Translations under genes and position numbers: made by a program
Shown: one piece after another, positions 34,895 through 45,034 of the stretch
How positions within the stretch are numbered: position 1 is the first letter of the stretch
Layout of the letters: each line of letters starts with the position of its first letter
Notes under the pieces: model-generated
What the model was told of the DNA's origin: nothing
The model's input: the letters and a program-made list of their open reading frames with translations, nothing else
Databases searched by the model: none
DNA from: Lachnospirales bacterium
GTDB lineage: Bacteria; Bacillota; Clostridia; Lachnospirales; CAMZNU01
Direction: 5' to 3'
Length of the DNA stretch: 64,000 nucleotides
NCBI GenBank assembly: GCA_047973385.1
Contig: JBKEBX010000022.1
Span: 11,521-75,520, forward strand

Positions 34895-35125
34895 TTAAAC
34901 TAAATAATCAGACAATTTTTCTTTAACTTCCTCTACATAATCTTCATTATGAACAACAAGTTCAAGTTCATTACTCAAATCTAAAGAAAATATGCCCATA
35001 ATAGACTTTGCATCAACAATGTATCTTTTTGAAACTAAATCAAAATCTCCATCGTAAAAACTAATCGTATTTACAAAAGTTTTAACCTTATCAATAGAGT
35101 CTAATTTTAATTTAATACTGTTCAT
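34895..35125 (-). CDS. HPr-family protein lacking His15
   Basis: [12 protein letters not shown] Ser46 motif present; no GLHARP motif. Confidence 0.85.
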   Translation of the reverse strand: MNSIKLKLDSIDKVKTFVNTISFYDGDFDLVSKRYIVDAKSIMGIFSLDLSNELELVVHNEDYVEEVKEKLSDYLV

Positions 35126-35160
35126 TTTCAATTCCTCCTAAAAGTTTAATCACTATATTA

Positions 35161-35189
35161 AGTTTATTACAATAACAAAGTTTTGTCAA
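35161..35189 (-). promoter_or_regulatory. SigA promoter of HPr-like gene and gltX
   Basis: TTGACA-N17-TAAACT. Confidence 0.6.
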
Positions 35190-35215
35190 TGCACACATTA
35201 ACCAAAATCCTTATT

Positions 35216-36748
35216 TTAAAGCCAATATTTTCTATCTAACATTCTATATGAAATCGCCATACTTATATGTTTACTGTTTATATTTTCATAACCGTCAATA
35301 TCAGCTAAAGTTCTTGATATTTTTAATATTTTAGCATAGGCACGTCCACTCATTCCATAATGAGAAAAAGCCATTTCTAAAATAGATTTTTCTTCTTCTC
35401 CAAGATAGCAATATTTCTCAAGAAGTTCTTCTGTAAGTTCGCTATTATAATTTATTTTTTCATCTTTATAACGTTTTCTTTGTATTTTTGTAACTCTTTC
35501 AATGATTTCACGCATATCCTTTGTAGATAAACATTTATTATTTTCTGATTTATTCGCAATATCCTCAAAATTTATATTATTTGCCTCAACTTGAATATCT
35601 ATTCTATCAAGCATAGGCCCTGAAACTTTACCTAAATATTTTTTTATTTCATTACTATTACAAGTACATTTGTTTGGTACACCATAATATCCACAAGGAC
35701 AAGGATTCATAGCTGCAACTAGCATAAAGTTACAAGGATATTTTACACTTTGATTAACTCTATCTAAAGAAACAACCTTGTTTTCTAAAGGTTGTCGCAT
35801 ATTCTCAAGAGCATTTTTATTAAATTCTGTGAACTCATCTAAAAACAAAACACCACAATGAGCAAGTGAAATCTCCCCTGGCTTTGGAAACTTTCCACCA
35901 CCGATTAAAGCCGTATCACTTATTGTATTATGAGGCGAACGAAAAGGAACTTTCGCTATCAACTCGTTATTATATCCTATATTTGCCACGCTATAAATCT
36001 TCGTTACTTCTAATTTTTCATCAAAAGTTAAACTTGGTAAAACTGTTGGGATACGACTTGCCATCATAGTTTTACCTGTACCTGGCGGCCCTACTATAAG
36101 CATATTATGTCTACCACTACACGCTACTATAACTGCATTTTTAACTATCTCCTGTCCCTTTACATAAAAAAAATCTTCTTCATCTTCTCTTGTACATGGT
36201 TCTATATCTTCTCTAGAATATAATTTTTTTGAATTGCTTTCAAGCATTTCAACTATGTCTTTTAAATTATTTACTTCATATATTTTTAAATCCTTAAGTA
36301 TAGACGCTTCTTTAATATTGTCGCTAGGTATAAAAAAATCTAAGTTTCTTCCATGGCTTTTATATAAACTATGTATAATCGGCAAAACACCTTTTATCCC
36401 ACGCACTTCGCCATTTAAGGACAACTCACCAATAAAAAAACTATTATCTATACTCTTTTGAGTTATAACGCCACTAGCTACTAAAATTCCAATAGCAATA
36501 GGCAAATCATAAACACTACCTTCTTTTCTTAAACTTGCAGGAGCAAGGTTTACAACAACTCTACCTAAAGGAAAATTCAGACCACTGTTTTTAAAAGCAC
36601 TTTTTATACGTTCTCTAGATTCTTTAATTGCACTACCAGGAAGTCCTACAATTTCAAAAAAAGGCATACCATTACTTAAGTCCACCTCCACATCAATTTT
36701 TATTCCTTCAATACCTTGGGTTGTTCCACACAAAATTTTAGCAAACAT
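35216..36748 (-). CDS. comM: YifB/ComM Mg-chelatase-like AAA+ ATPase
   Basis: [50 protein letters not shown]. Confidence 0.93.
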   Translation of the reverse strand: MFAKILCGTTQGIEGIKIDVEVDLSNGMPFFEIVGLPGSAIKESRERIKSAFKNSGLNFPLGRVVVNLAPASLRKEGSVYDLPIAIGILVASGVITQKSIDNSFFIGELSLNGEVRGIKGVLPIIHSLYKSHGRNLDFFIPSDNIKEASILKDLKIYEVNNLKDIVEMLESNSKKLYSREDIEPCTREDEEDFFYVKGQEIVKNAVIVACSGRHNMLIVGPPGTGKTMMASRIPTVLPSLTFDEKLEVTKIYSVANIGYNNELIAKVPFRSPHNTISDTALIGGGKFPKPGEISLAHCGVLFLDEFTEFNKNALENMRQPLENKVVSLDRVNQSVKYPCNFMLVAAMNPCPCGYYGVPNKCTCNSNEIKKYLGKVSGPMLDRIDIQVEANNINFEDIANKSENNKCLSTKDMREIIERVTKIQRKRYKDEKINYNSELTEELLEKYCYLGEEEKSILEMAFSHYGMSGRAYAKILKISRTLADIDGYENINSKHISMAISYRMLDRKYWL

Positions 36749-36824
36749 AATTACACCTCATATTTCATTCTAAATATAATTATACATTATTTAAGTCAAA
36801 AAAGCTATATTAATCAGCATTCCG

Positions 36825-36924
36825 TAAATTTATGTTCGTATATTAAAATTTTTTTTGATTATTTCATAAAAAAGTATTTACAAACGAATTATATTTTGCT
36901 ATAATAAGAATGAACATTTATTCT
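36825..36924 (+). promoter_or_regulatory. SigA promoter of dinB with degenerate LexA (GAAC-N4-GTTC) boxes
   Basis: TTTACA-N17-TATAAT (36877-36905); boxes TAAATTTATGTTCG (36825), CGAATTATATTTTG (36885), TGAACATTTATTCT (36911). Confidence 0.6.
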
Positions 36925-36948
36925 ATCATTTTAAAGGAGATGCAAACT

Positions 36949-38193
36949 ATGTTTGACAAAAGAAAACTTATATTTCATATCGATGTTAATAGTGCTTATT
37001 TAAGTTGGGAAGCTATATATAGATTGTATCATGGAGAAAACCTAGATATACGTACAGTTCCTTCAGTTATAGGTGGTAGCGAAAAAGATAGACACGGTAT
37101 TATCTTAGCTGCAAGTTATCCTGCAAAAAAATATGGAATAAAAACAGGCGAAACTATTTTCACTGCTAAAAAGAAATACCCTGACCTTCTAGTCCTTCCA
37201 ACACGTGGAGAAATATACGAACAAGCTAGTCAATCTCTAATGGACTTATTATCAGAATACTCTGATAATGTTCAAAAATATTCTATTGATGAAGCTTTTA
37301 TAGATTTTAGTGATAATCAAAAAATTTTAGATAATCCATATGCTGCTGGTGAGGAAATACGAACACGTATTGAACAAGAATTAGGTTTTACAGTATGTGT
37401 AGGCATAGGCGAAAATAAAGTAATGGCAAAAATGGCTGGGGAACTTAAAAAACCTAACTATACAAACACACTTTTTGATAATGAAATTTACAAACTATGG
37501 AATTTACCTGTTGGTGAGCTTTTTATGGTAGGTAAAAGCACCGAAGAAAAATTACTTAAATACGGTATTGATACTGTTGGAAAACTTGCTAAAACTGATA
37601 TAAGTTTTTTACAACAACTTTTTCATTCTCATGGAAATGTAATTTGGAACTATGCAAATGGTGTTGATACAAGTAATGTAAAAAAAGAACGTGCAAGTGC
37701 AAAGAGTTGTGGACATTCAACAACTTTACCCTTTGATTTAAGTGATGTAGAAGAAGCAAAAATTATATTTATGGGACTTATCGAAAAAGTTTGTACAAGA
37801 CTTAGAAAAAGCAAACAAGTAGGCAGTGTAGTTACTGTTTCCGTAAAAGACACTAATCGTAAAAGTACTACACATCAGAAGAAACTTACTTTTAAAACAA
37901 ATGATAGTCGCCAGATTTTTAAGGTAGTTATGGATATTTTTACAGAAGTTTGGAAGCGTGAACCCCTACGTGCAATCGGTGTCAGTCTAGGACACCTTGA
38001 GCCATGTTTTGATAGCCAAATAAGTTTATTTGATGTTAACTATGATAAGAAGAATATCCTAAATAAAACTATCGATGATATTCGCTTAAAATATGGCAAA
38101 AATAAAGTTGTTTTTGCAAACCAGTTAAATAGCCACTACTACAGAAATAAAACTTCTAAAGACTTCTTGCAAAATTTAAATATAAATTTTTAA
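36949..38193 (+). CDS. dinB: Y-family DNA polymerase (DinB/UmuC-like)
   Basis: HIDVNSAY, SYPAKKYGIKTG, YSIDEAF, clamp-binding QISLF. Confidence 0.92.
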   Translation: MFDKRKLIFHIDVNSAYLSWEAIYRLYHGENLDIRTVPSVIGGSEKDRHGIILAASYPAKKYGIKTGETIFTAKKKYPDLLVLPTRGEIYEQASQSLMDLLSEYSDNVQKYSIDEAFIDFSDNQKILDNPYAAGEEIRTRIEQELGFTVCVGIGENKVMAKMAGELKKPNYTNTLFDNEIYKLWNLPVGELFMVGKSTEEKLLKYGIDTVGKLAKTDISFLQQLFHSHGNVIWNYANGVDTSNVKKERASAKSCGHSTTLPFDLSDVEEAKIIFMGLIEKVCTRLRKSKQVGSVVTVSVKDTNRKSTTHQKKLTFKTNDSRQIFKVVMDIFTEVWKREPLRAIGVSLGHLEPCFDSQISLFDVNYDKKNILNKTIDDIRLKYGKNKVVFANQLNSHYYRNKTSKDFLQNLNINF

Positions 38194-38211
38194 ATATATT
38201 GAGGTGATTTT

Positions 38212-38478
38212 ATGAAAGTAGTTTACAAAAAAATTTCGGTCATTTGTTGGTTTGATGAATATGGAAAAATTAAACCTATTAAATTTCGTATTATAGAAGA
38301 AAATCTAGAAGAATATATATTCAAAATTGACAAGATTATACAAACTACTGAAGAAAAATTCATCGGAATAGACACTCTATGTTTTTTATGTGAAACTACT
38401 AAGGCAGAAAAAATCTATTTATTTGAACTTAAGTATGAAATCAAAAATCATTTATGGATTTTATACAAAATTCAATAA
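38212..38478 (+). CDS. Small hypothetical protein co-transcribed with the Y-family polymerase
   Basis: GAGGTG SD 18 nt after dinB stop; predicted beta-rich 88 aa. Confidence 0.75.
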   Translation: MKVVYKKISVICWFDEYGKIKPIKFRIIEENLEEYIFKIDKIIQTTEEKFIGIDTLCFLCETTKAEKIYLFELKYEIKNHLWILYKIQ

Positions 38479-38545
38479 AAATATCTTTAAAAATTACACA
38501 TAATCCCAAAATTTTATAAATTACAATAAATATATCTATTGCATA

Positions 38546-38574
38546 TTGACTTATTAGCGAAAACATTATAAAAT
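38546..38574 (+). promoter_or_regulatory. SigA promoter of rny
   Basis: TTGACT-N17-TAAAAT about 310 nt upstream of rny. Confidence 0.65.
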
Positions 38575-38580
38575 ATAAGT

Positions 38581-38842
38581 GGTGTGGTATACATTACATT
38601 AATTTTACTTTGTGAAAAACCACTAACTTTTTATAATATTTATAATATATCATTTATATAAGATTTTATCTTATTTATATATAACGAAAGATACCCTTTT
38701 ATTCTATTATTTATAGAGGAGATTATTTGAACTATATACAACTAAATATTATATAACTATTAAACTTTTATAGTGAAAGATAGTGGAGAAAATGCAAAGT
38801 AAAATATTAATTTTATAAAATGTATGATCTTTTAGACATACC
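38581..38842 (+). ncRNA. Candidate long structured leader or ncRNA upstream of rny
   Basis: Nested inverted repeats including ATTTTACTTTG/CAAAGTAAAAT, CCACTA/TAGTGG and GGTGTG/CATACC. Confidence 0.45.
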
Positions 38843-38888
38843 TTAAATATGACTTTAAGCATAAAAATTAATAAGGAGGTGCATTTTC

Positions 38889-40427
38889 TTGGAGATGATA
38901 ACTATTATAGTTAGTATTGTAACACTGGTTGTCGGTATGATAATCGGTATTCTATATAGAAAAAAAGTCGCAGAAGCAATGATTGGAAGTGCTGAAAAAC
39001 AAGCTAAAACTGTTCTCGAAACAGCAGAGCGTGACGCAGAATCTCGAAAGAAAGAAATTTTAATCGAAGCAAAAGAAGAAAGTATTAAAATTAAAAACGA
39101 AATTGAAAAAGAAGTCAAAGAACTACGCTCAGAGGTTCAAAAGAAAGAAAAAAGACTTCAACAAAAAGAAGAAAATCTTGATAAGAAAACTGATCAACTT
39201 GAAAAGAAAGATTCAAAATTACAGTCAAAAATTGACCGATTTGAGCAAAAAACAAAAACTTTAGACGAAAAAATCCTTGAGCAAACAACGGAACTTGAAC
39301 GTATTTCAGGTTATACTGCTGTTGAAGCTAAAGAACAACTTCTATCTACATTACAAAGTGATATAGATAAAGAAACTGCTGTATATCTTAAGAAAAACGA
39401 ACAATATATCAAAGAAGAGTCTGACAAAAAGGCTCGTGATATTATTATTTCAGCTATTCAAAGAACAGCTGTTGACCATGTAGCTGAAACTACTGTAAGT
39501 GTTGTTTCACTACCTAGTGACGATATGAAAGGACGTATTATTGGTCGTGAGGGTAGAAACATCCGTACTCTTGAATCTTTAACAGGAATCGACCTTATTA
39601 TTGATGATACACCTGAAGCTGTTATACTATCAGGCTTTGACCCTATGCGACGTGAAATCGCTAAAATTGCTTTAGAAAAGCTTATTTTAGATGCTCGTAT
39701 ACACCCTGCTCGTATTGAGGAAATGGTTAACAAAGCTAAAAAAGAAGTTAACGAAATGATTAAAAATGACGGTGAAGCAGCTGTTTTTGAACTCGGCTTA
39801 CATGGTATAAACCAAGAACTTGTTAAATTAATTGGTAAAATGCGTTTCAGAACAAGTTATGGACAAAACATTTTAAAACATTCTATTGAAGTTGCACACT
39901 TAACTGGTATGATGGCTTCTGAACTTGGCTTAAATGTTAATCTTGCTAAACGTGCAGGACTTCTTCATGATATAGGTAAATCTATTGACCTTGAAGTTGA
40001 AGGCTCTCATGTACAAGTTGGTATAAATATACTTAAAAAATATAAAGAAAATCCTGTTGTCATAAACGCCTGTGCATCACATCACGGCGACGAAGAACCA
40101 ACACATTTAATTTCTTTACTTGTACAAGCTTCTGATGCTATTTCTGCTGCAAGACCTGGTGCAAGACGTGAAACTATTGAAAGTTATATTAAGCGTTTGC
40201 AAAACCTTGAGGAAATCGCTGATAGTTACAAAGGTGTCGAGAAATCCTTTGCTATACAAGCTGGGCGTGAACTTCGTGTTACGATTATACCAGAAAATCT
40301 TGATGAAGCTAGCATGGCAAACCTTGCTCGTGATATAGCTACAAGAATAGAAAATGAGCTTTCTTATCCAGGACAAATAAAAGTTAGTTTAATACGTGAA
40401 ACACGTGTTGTTGAATACGCTAAATAA
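38889..40427 (+). CDS. rny: Ribonuclease Y
   Basis: N-terminal TM, coiled coil, KH ([13 protein letters not shown]), HD (LLHDIGK). Confidence 0.98.
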   Translation: MEMITIIVSIVTLVVGMIIGILYRKKVAEAMIGSAEKQAKTVLETAERDAESRKKEILIEAKEESIKIKNEIEKEVKELRSEVQKKEKRLQQKEENLDKKTDQLEKKDSKLQSKIDRFEQKTKTLDEKILEQTTELERISGYTAVEAKEQLLSTLQSDIDKETAVYLKKNEQYIKEESDKKARDIIISAIQRTAVDHVAETTVSVVSLPSDDMKGRIIGREGRNIRTLESLTGIDLIIDDTPEAVILSGFDPMRREIAKIALEKLILDARIHPARIEEMVNKAKKEVNEMIKNDGEAAVFELGLHGINQELVKLIGKMRFRTSYGQNILKHSIEVAHLTGMMASELGLNVNLAKRAGLLHDIGKSIDLEVEGSHVQVGINILKKYKENPVVINACASHHGDEEPTHLISLLVQASDAISAARPGARRETIESYIKRLQNLEEIADSYKGVEKSFAIQAGRELRVTIIPENLDEASMANLARDIATRIENELSYPGQIKVSLIRETRVVEYAK

Positions 40428-40442
40428 AACAAAATTCACATT

Positions 40443-40486
40443 GGACTGCAAAATATTAATTTTTACAAATATTTTGCAGTCCTTTT
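40443..40486 (+). terminator. rny terminator
   Basis: GGACTGCAAAATATT...AATATTTTGCAGTCC-TTTT. Confidence 0.85.
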
Positions 40487-40641
40487 AAATCTTCATAACA
40501 TCAGAAAATATTATGTTGACTTTAATATTTTTTATACTTAAATAGTAAAGGTCATAGTTTCAAAGCAAGTCAAAAGGTTTCCAAAGTGTTTTATAGAAAA
40601 ATACTTTATTTTAAGACTAAAGTTTAAAATTTGGAGGAATT

Positions 40642-41334
40642 ATGGAAAGCACTAAAAAAACACTTAACTACAAAAAAATCGCCTTTATAATTATTATTTT
40701 TATATTGGCACTTATAATAGCAAGAGCAACGGGACTTATGGACTTTTTAAGTAACATAGATGCAATGCAATCTTACTTTCAAAGTCTTGGCTTTGTTGGA
40801 TATGGTATATACATATTACTTTATATAGTTGTAGCCGTTTTTATGTTACCTGCCTCTTTAGTTACTATTGTTGCAGGGATTGTTTTTGGACCTATACTTG
40901 GAGCTGTTTTAGCTCTTACAGGTTCAACAATTGGTGCAACCATGGCTTTTATTATCGCAAAGTATATTGCTCGTGATTTTATAGTTGAAAAATTTCAAGG
41001 CAATTCCATTTTTGATAAAGTAGATAAAGGGTTTAAAGAAAATGGTGCAAGTTTTCTAATCTTAACTAGATTAGTACCTATTTTCCCTTATAATATACAA
41101 AATTACGCCTACGGTATAACAAGTATGAAAGTGCTACCCTTTGCCTTAATATCCTTTATATGCATGGCTCCTGGTGCTTTTATTTATGCATTTATGGCAG
41201 GTGAAATTGTTACAAATGGTGTTTCATTTAAACTCCTTGTCCAATTCGCCATTGCCGGTTTAATTTTATTCTTCGTTTCACTTATACCAAAGCAAATAGC
41301 TAAAAAGAAAGGCATAACTTTAAGTAATCTCTAA
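40642..41334 (+). CDS. TVP38/TMEM64 (DedA/VTT) family membrane protein, YdjX/YdjZ-like
   Basis: RLVPIFPYNIQNYAYG signature. Confidence 0.92.
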   Translation: MESTKKTLNYKKIAFIIIIFILALIIARATGLMDFLSNIDAMQSYFQSLGFVGYGIYILLYIVVAVFMLPASLVTIVAGIVFGPILGAVLALTGSTIGATMAFIIAKYIARDFIVEKFQGNSIFDKVDKGFKENGASFLILTRLVPIFPYNIQNYAYGITSMKVLPFALISFICMAPGAFIYAFMAGEIVTNGVSFKLLVQFAIAGLILFFVSLIPKQIAKKKGITLSNL

Positions 41335-41349
41335 AAGTTAAATGACAAT

Positions 41350-42294
41350 ATGAAAAATTTTAAAAATGTACAATTGGCAAAAATAAACAATTTTAGTAAA
41401 CCTAAGCATTACATAACTGCTTATGAGTTACATGAAAAACTTAACAAAAACTTAAACATAAAAATAATTGGTGTTATAAGTCCTGATAACTCAACAGAAA
41501 ATATCGATGGAGCATATCTTGTGTGGCGAAATGATTATAGTGGCAAAAATTCTTTAGAGGCTAAAAGTAAGGATTTAGACGGCTTTAGACATACTAAGGA
41601 ACAAATGGAAGAACTATTATCCAAGGCTGATATTACATCAGATAGCGAAATTATTATATATTCTTCGAATGCTCATCATGATGCTTCACGACTTTTTTGG
41701 CAAATTAAAACTTTAGGACACAAAAATGTTAAAATTCTAGACGGTGGTATCAACAAATGGATAATCGAGAACTTTCCTTTAGGCTCTAGTAAACGATTAG
41801 TCCAAGAAAATTTAAAATCAAAATATATATCACCTGATTATAAGCCAAAACTAAACTACGCAAATATAGAAATGGTCACTTTTGCAATAGAAAACCCTAA
41901 TGATTGGGTAATTATAGACGCCAGGTCTGAAGCCGAGTCAAATGGAACTGCGTACATATCAGGAGCATACGGTAAAGGTGGAATAAAAAATTCTATACAT
42001 ATTGAATGGTCAAAAACTTTAGATAGTGATACCCTACTTTTAGATAGAGAAACTTTAGAAAACATATATAGTCAAACAAAGAATAAAAAAGTAATTGCTT
42101 TTTGTCAATCTGGAGTACGTTCGGCACATACAATTGTAGTTTTAGAAAATGTTTTAGGGCTAAATGACGTATACAACTACGATGGTTCTTGGATAGAATG
42201 GTCATATGTAGCCTCTAATGCAAGTATAAATGTAGTTTCAAAGGACTTACGTCAAAAAGTTATAGGCTATACTACCAACTGGAGCGAAGTATAA
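41350..42294 (+). CDS. Tandem-domain rhodanese/sulfurtransferase (YnjE/SseA-like)
   Basis: RLFW..GH..ILDGG, active site FCQSGVRS, YDGSWIEW. Confidence 0.9.
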   Translation: MKNFKNVQLAKINNFSKPKHYITAYELHEKLNKNLNIKIIGVISPDNSTENIDGAYLVWRNDYSGKNSLEAKSKDLDGFRHTKEQMEELLSKADITSDSEIIIYSSNAHHDASRLFWQIKTLGHKNVKILDGGINKWIIENFPLGSSKRLVQENLKSKYISPDYKPKLNYANIEMVTFAIENPNDWVIIDARSEAESNGTAYISGAYGKGGIKNSIHIEWSKTLDSDTLLLDRETLENIYSQTKNKKVIAFCQSGVRSAHTIVVLENVLGLNDVYNYDGSWIEWSYVASNASINVVSKDLRQKVIGYTTNWSEV

Positions 42295-42312
42295 AAAACA
42301 ACGGAGAATTTT

Positions 42313-42897
42313 ATGTTAGACACAAACGCAAGAAAATTTATTCAACCTATTTTTGATAAAAATTCAAACTTTTTTATAAAGAAAAAAATAACAGCTACTC
42401 AAGTAACTTTTTTAGCTTTAATACTTGGCTTAATTTCAGCTTTCTTTCTATTGTTAAATTTAAAGTTCATAGCCTTAGCTTTATTGTGGTTATCTGGTTA
42501 CTTTGATGCTTTAGATGGCACAATTGCACGTAAAACTAATACAAAATCTGCTCTTGGTGGTTTTTTAGATATAATCTTTGATAGAATTGTTGAAATCAGT
42601 ATAATTTTTGTACTATGTATAAATAATCATAGCCTAGCATTTTACTGTGTCTTTTTACTAGGTGCTATTATAATGTCTATGACTATTTTTTTAACATCAG
42701 GTGCTTTAATTGAAAAATCAAGTAAAAAAGCTTTTTACTATCAGGCAGGTCTTGCAGAACGAACAGAAGGTTTTGTTATGCTTTCTCTTGCTATGTGCTT
42801 TACAAAATATTCACATATATTTTTAATAATATTTGCAGTTATCGTTGCAATTACAGCAATACAAAGATTTACTGAAACAGTAAATTTTTTAAAATAA
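42313..42897 (+). CDS. CDP-alcohol phosphatidyltransferase family (YnjF-like)
   Basis: DALDGTIAR...GGFLDIIFD motif; YYQAGLAERTE. Confidence 0.9.
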   Translation: MLDTNARKFIQPIFDKNSNFFIKKKITATQVTFLALILGLISAFFLLLNLKFIALALLWLSGYFDALDGTIARKTNTKSALGGFLDIIFDRIVEISIIFVLCINNHSLAFYCVFLLGAIIMSMTIFLTSGALIEKSSKKAFYYQAGLAERTEGFVMLSLAMCFTKYSHIFLIIFAVIVAITAIQRFTETVNFLK

Positions 42898-42916
42898 TTT
42901 AGCGAGGGAATTAAAA

Positions 42917-44152
42917 ATGAAAAAAAATTTAAAAATAGCTAAAGCTATAGCTATATCTAGTGTTTTATTACTAACAGGTTGCTCATCAAGTGCTAATGCA
43001 ACTACTGAAAACGAAGAACCTAAAGAAGAAGTCCTTGAAGCAGAAAACAACCTAACTGACGTATATTGGTACGGTTGGGGTGGCGATGAAGTCACAAACA
43101 AGTGGTTTGACGAAGAAGTTACTAACCAAGTTTTAGAAAATACAGGACTAAATTTCCACAGAGTTGGTATGGATATTGGTGATATTTTATTAAAACTTAA
43201 TGATGAAAAAATTGCAGATGATGAAGTTGGTGATATAGATATTGTATGGATAAATGGCGAAAACTTTGCCTATGCAAAAGAAAATGGTTTGTTACTTGAA
43301 AATATTGCACCTGAAATAGAAAATTTCAATACATATTATGATACAAGTGCCGATTTATACTTGAAAGATTTTAATACTGAAATAAACGGTGACGAAGTTC
43401 CTCTTGGCGTTGCTCAATTTGTTATGATTGCAAATACAAATACCGTTGAAAACCTACCTACTTCATCAGATGATTTACTTATCTATGCTATGGAAAACCC
43501 TGGCAAATTCACATACCCAAGTTTACCTGACTTTTCTGGTAGTGCCTTTGTTAGAAGTATTGTATATGATATAGTGGAATATGATGCAGTTGTAGAAACT
43601 GGTGGCGATAAGGAACTACTTAGAGCAACCCTTATGCCTGTTTTTGATTATTTTAACGAACTTGAACCATATATGTGGCAAGAAGGCACAAGTTATCCAA
43701 CAAGTGAAGCTTCTTTACATCAAATGTATCAAGATGGAGTTGTTGATTTTTCTATGTCATATACAACTTTAATCGACCAAAGAAATGTGTTAAATGGTAC
43801 TTTTCCTAAAGGGAGCAAAAGTTTTGTTTTCGATAGTGGTTCACCTGAAAACGCTCATTATTTAGCCATTCCTTTTAATGCACCAAATAAAGAGGGTGCT
43901 ATAAAGGCAATAAACGAAATTTTATCACCAGAGCTTCAGCTTTCAAAATATCAAATTGATAATTGGGGTGATTTACCTGGTGTTGACATGGGTAAGCTTG
44001 ATGAAGAAATGCAAAGTAAATATGATGAAGTAAACGGTCAAGTCGTGAATGAAAACCTTATGGAAATCAGAAGCAAGGGTGTACCAGAATTTGATGCACA
44101 AACTATAGTTATGATTGAGGAGTTATGGGAAGAAGAAGTTCTAAACAAGTAA
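42917..44152 (+). CDS. ABC transporter substrate-binding lipoprotein (YnjB-like)
   Basis: Lipobox LTGC; WGGD, DIVWINGENF, PGKFTYPSLPDFSGSAF, HYLAIPFNA. Confidence 0.88.
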   Translation: MKKNLKIAKAIAISSVLLLTGCSSSANATTENEEPKEEVLEAENNLTDVYWYGWGGDEVTNKWFDEEVTNQVLENTGLNFHRVGMDIGDILLKLNDEKIADDEVGDIDIVWINGENFAYAKENGLLLENIAPEIENFNTYYDTSADLYLKDFNTEINGDEVPLGVAQFVMIANTNTVENLPTSSDDLLIYAMENPGKFTYPSLPDFSGSAFVRSIVYDIVEYDAVVETGGDKELLRATLMPVFDYFNELEPYMWQEGTSYPTSEASLHQMYQDGVVDFSMSYTTLIDQRNVLNGTFPKGSKSFVFDSGSPENAHYLAIPFNAPNKEGAIKAINEILSPELQLSKYQIDNWGDLPGVDMGKLDEEMQSKYDEVNGQVVNENLMEIRSKGVPEFDAQTIVMIEELWEEEVLNK

Positions 44153-45021
44153 ATAATTTGTTACAATTATTAAATAAAGCTATACCTTTTTTACTATTAA
44201 TTCCATTTTTGGTTTTATTTTATAATACAATTTTTCTTAGTGCTTTTATGATGATTAAACAAAGTCTAGGTTTCATTAATATAAGTGATATCTCAAATAT
44301 AACTTTTGAATATTATTTACAAGTTTTTTCTGACCCACTATTTATGAAAGCTCTCCGATACACCTTTTATATTTCTATTGTATCAAGCTTTTTATGTGTA
44401 TTTATAGCAACTATTTTAGTTTTTTTAGTATACTTTAGTAAAGATTTAAGTAATAAAAATAGTTTTTTGTTTAGATTGCCGATTTTTATACCTCACTGTG
44501 TTTATGCATTGTTGTTTATACAATTTTTATCCCAAACAGGCGTTATTTCAAGGTTTCTAGTAAGCTTTGGAGTAATGTCTTCTTTTGATTTTTTCCCACT
44601 TTTAGTTAATGACAAAGCTGGATTTAGTGTAATTTTCTTATATATTGTTAAGCAAGTTCCCTTTGTTTTTATGTTAATTACTTTAATGATAAACAAAATT
44701 GATAAAAAAATTATTTATACAAGTTTTGCTCTTGGAGCAACAAAAACTACAACCATAAGAAAAATATTGTTACCACTTATATCCCCTGTTATAATCTCCT
44801 TGTTTTTACTTTGTTTCGCCTTTGCCTTTGCAGGTTTTGAAATACCTATGTTACTTGGTAATACAGCAAATGAAACTATATCCCTTAGGGCTTATGAATT
44901 TTTCACAAAACCCCTTTCAGAAAGCAAAAACTATGCAATGGTTTTAAACAGTATTTTAACTATAATATCTTTCACCTCCCTTTTTTTATATTCATACGGT
45001 ATGAAAAAAGTCAAATTTTAA
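44125..45021 (+). CDS. ABC transporter permease (YnjC N-half-like)
   Basis: Multi-TM; EAA-loop ALGA..TIRKILLP. Confidence 0.88.
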   Translation: MGRRSSKQVNNLLQLLNKAIPFLLLIPFLVLFYNTIFLSAFMMIKQSLGFINISDISNITFEYYLQVFSDPLFMKALRYTFYISIVSSFLCVFIATILVFLVYFSKDLSNKNSFLFRLPIFIPHCVYALLFIQFLSQTGVISRFLVSFGVMSSFDFFPLLVNDKAGFSVIFLYIVKQVPFVFMLITLMINKIDKKIIYTSFALGATKTTTIRKILLPLISPVIISLFLLCFAFAFAGFEIPMLLGNTANETISLRAYEFFTKPLSESKNYAMVLNSILTIISFTSLFLYSYGMKKVKF

Positions 45022-45034
45022 CAGGAGTGTATTA

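Noticed and set aside
35216-36748. comM as a mobile-element insertion hotspot
   Set aside because: The ORF is intact and no integrase or att sites are present
40550-40582. GGTCATAG...AAGGTTTCC as another MITE copy in the ynj-like operon leader
   Set aside because: Only the right end resembles the family, and the flanks (TAAA/AAAG) do not match
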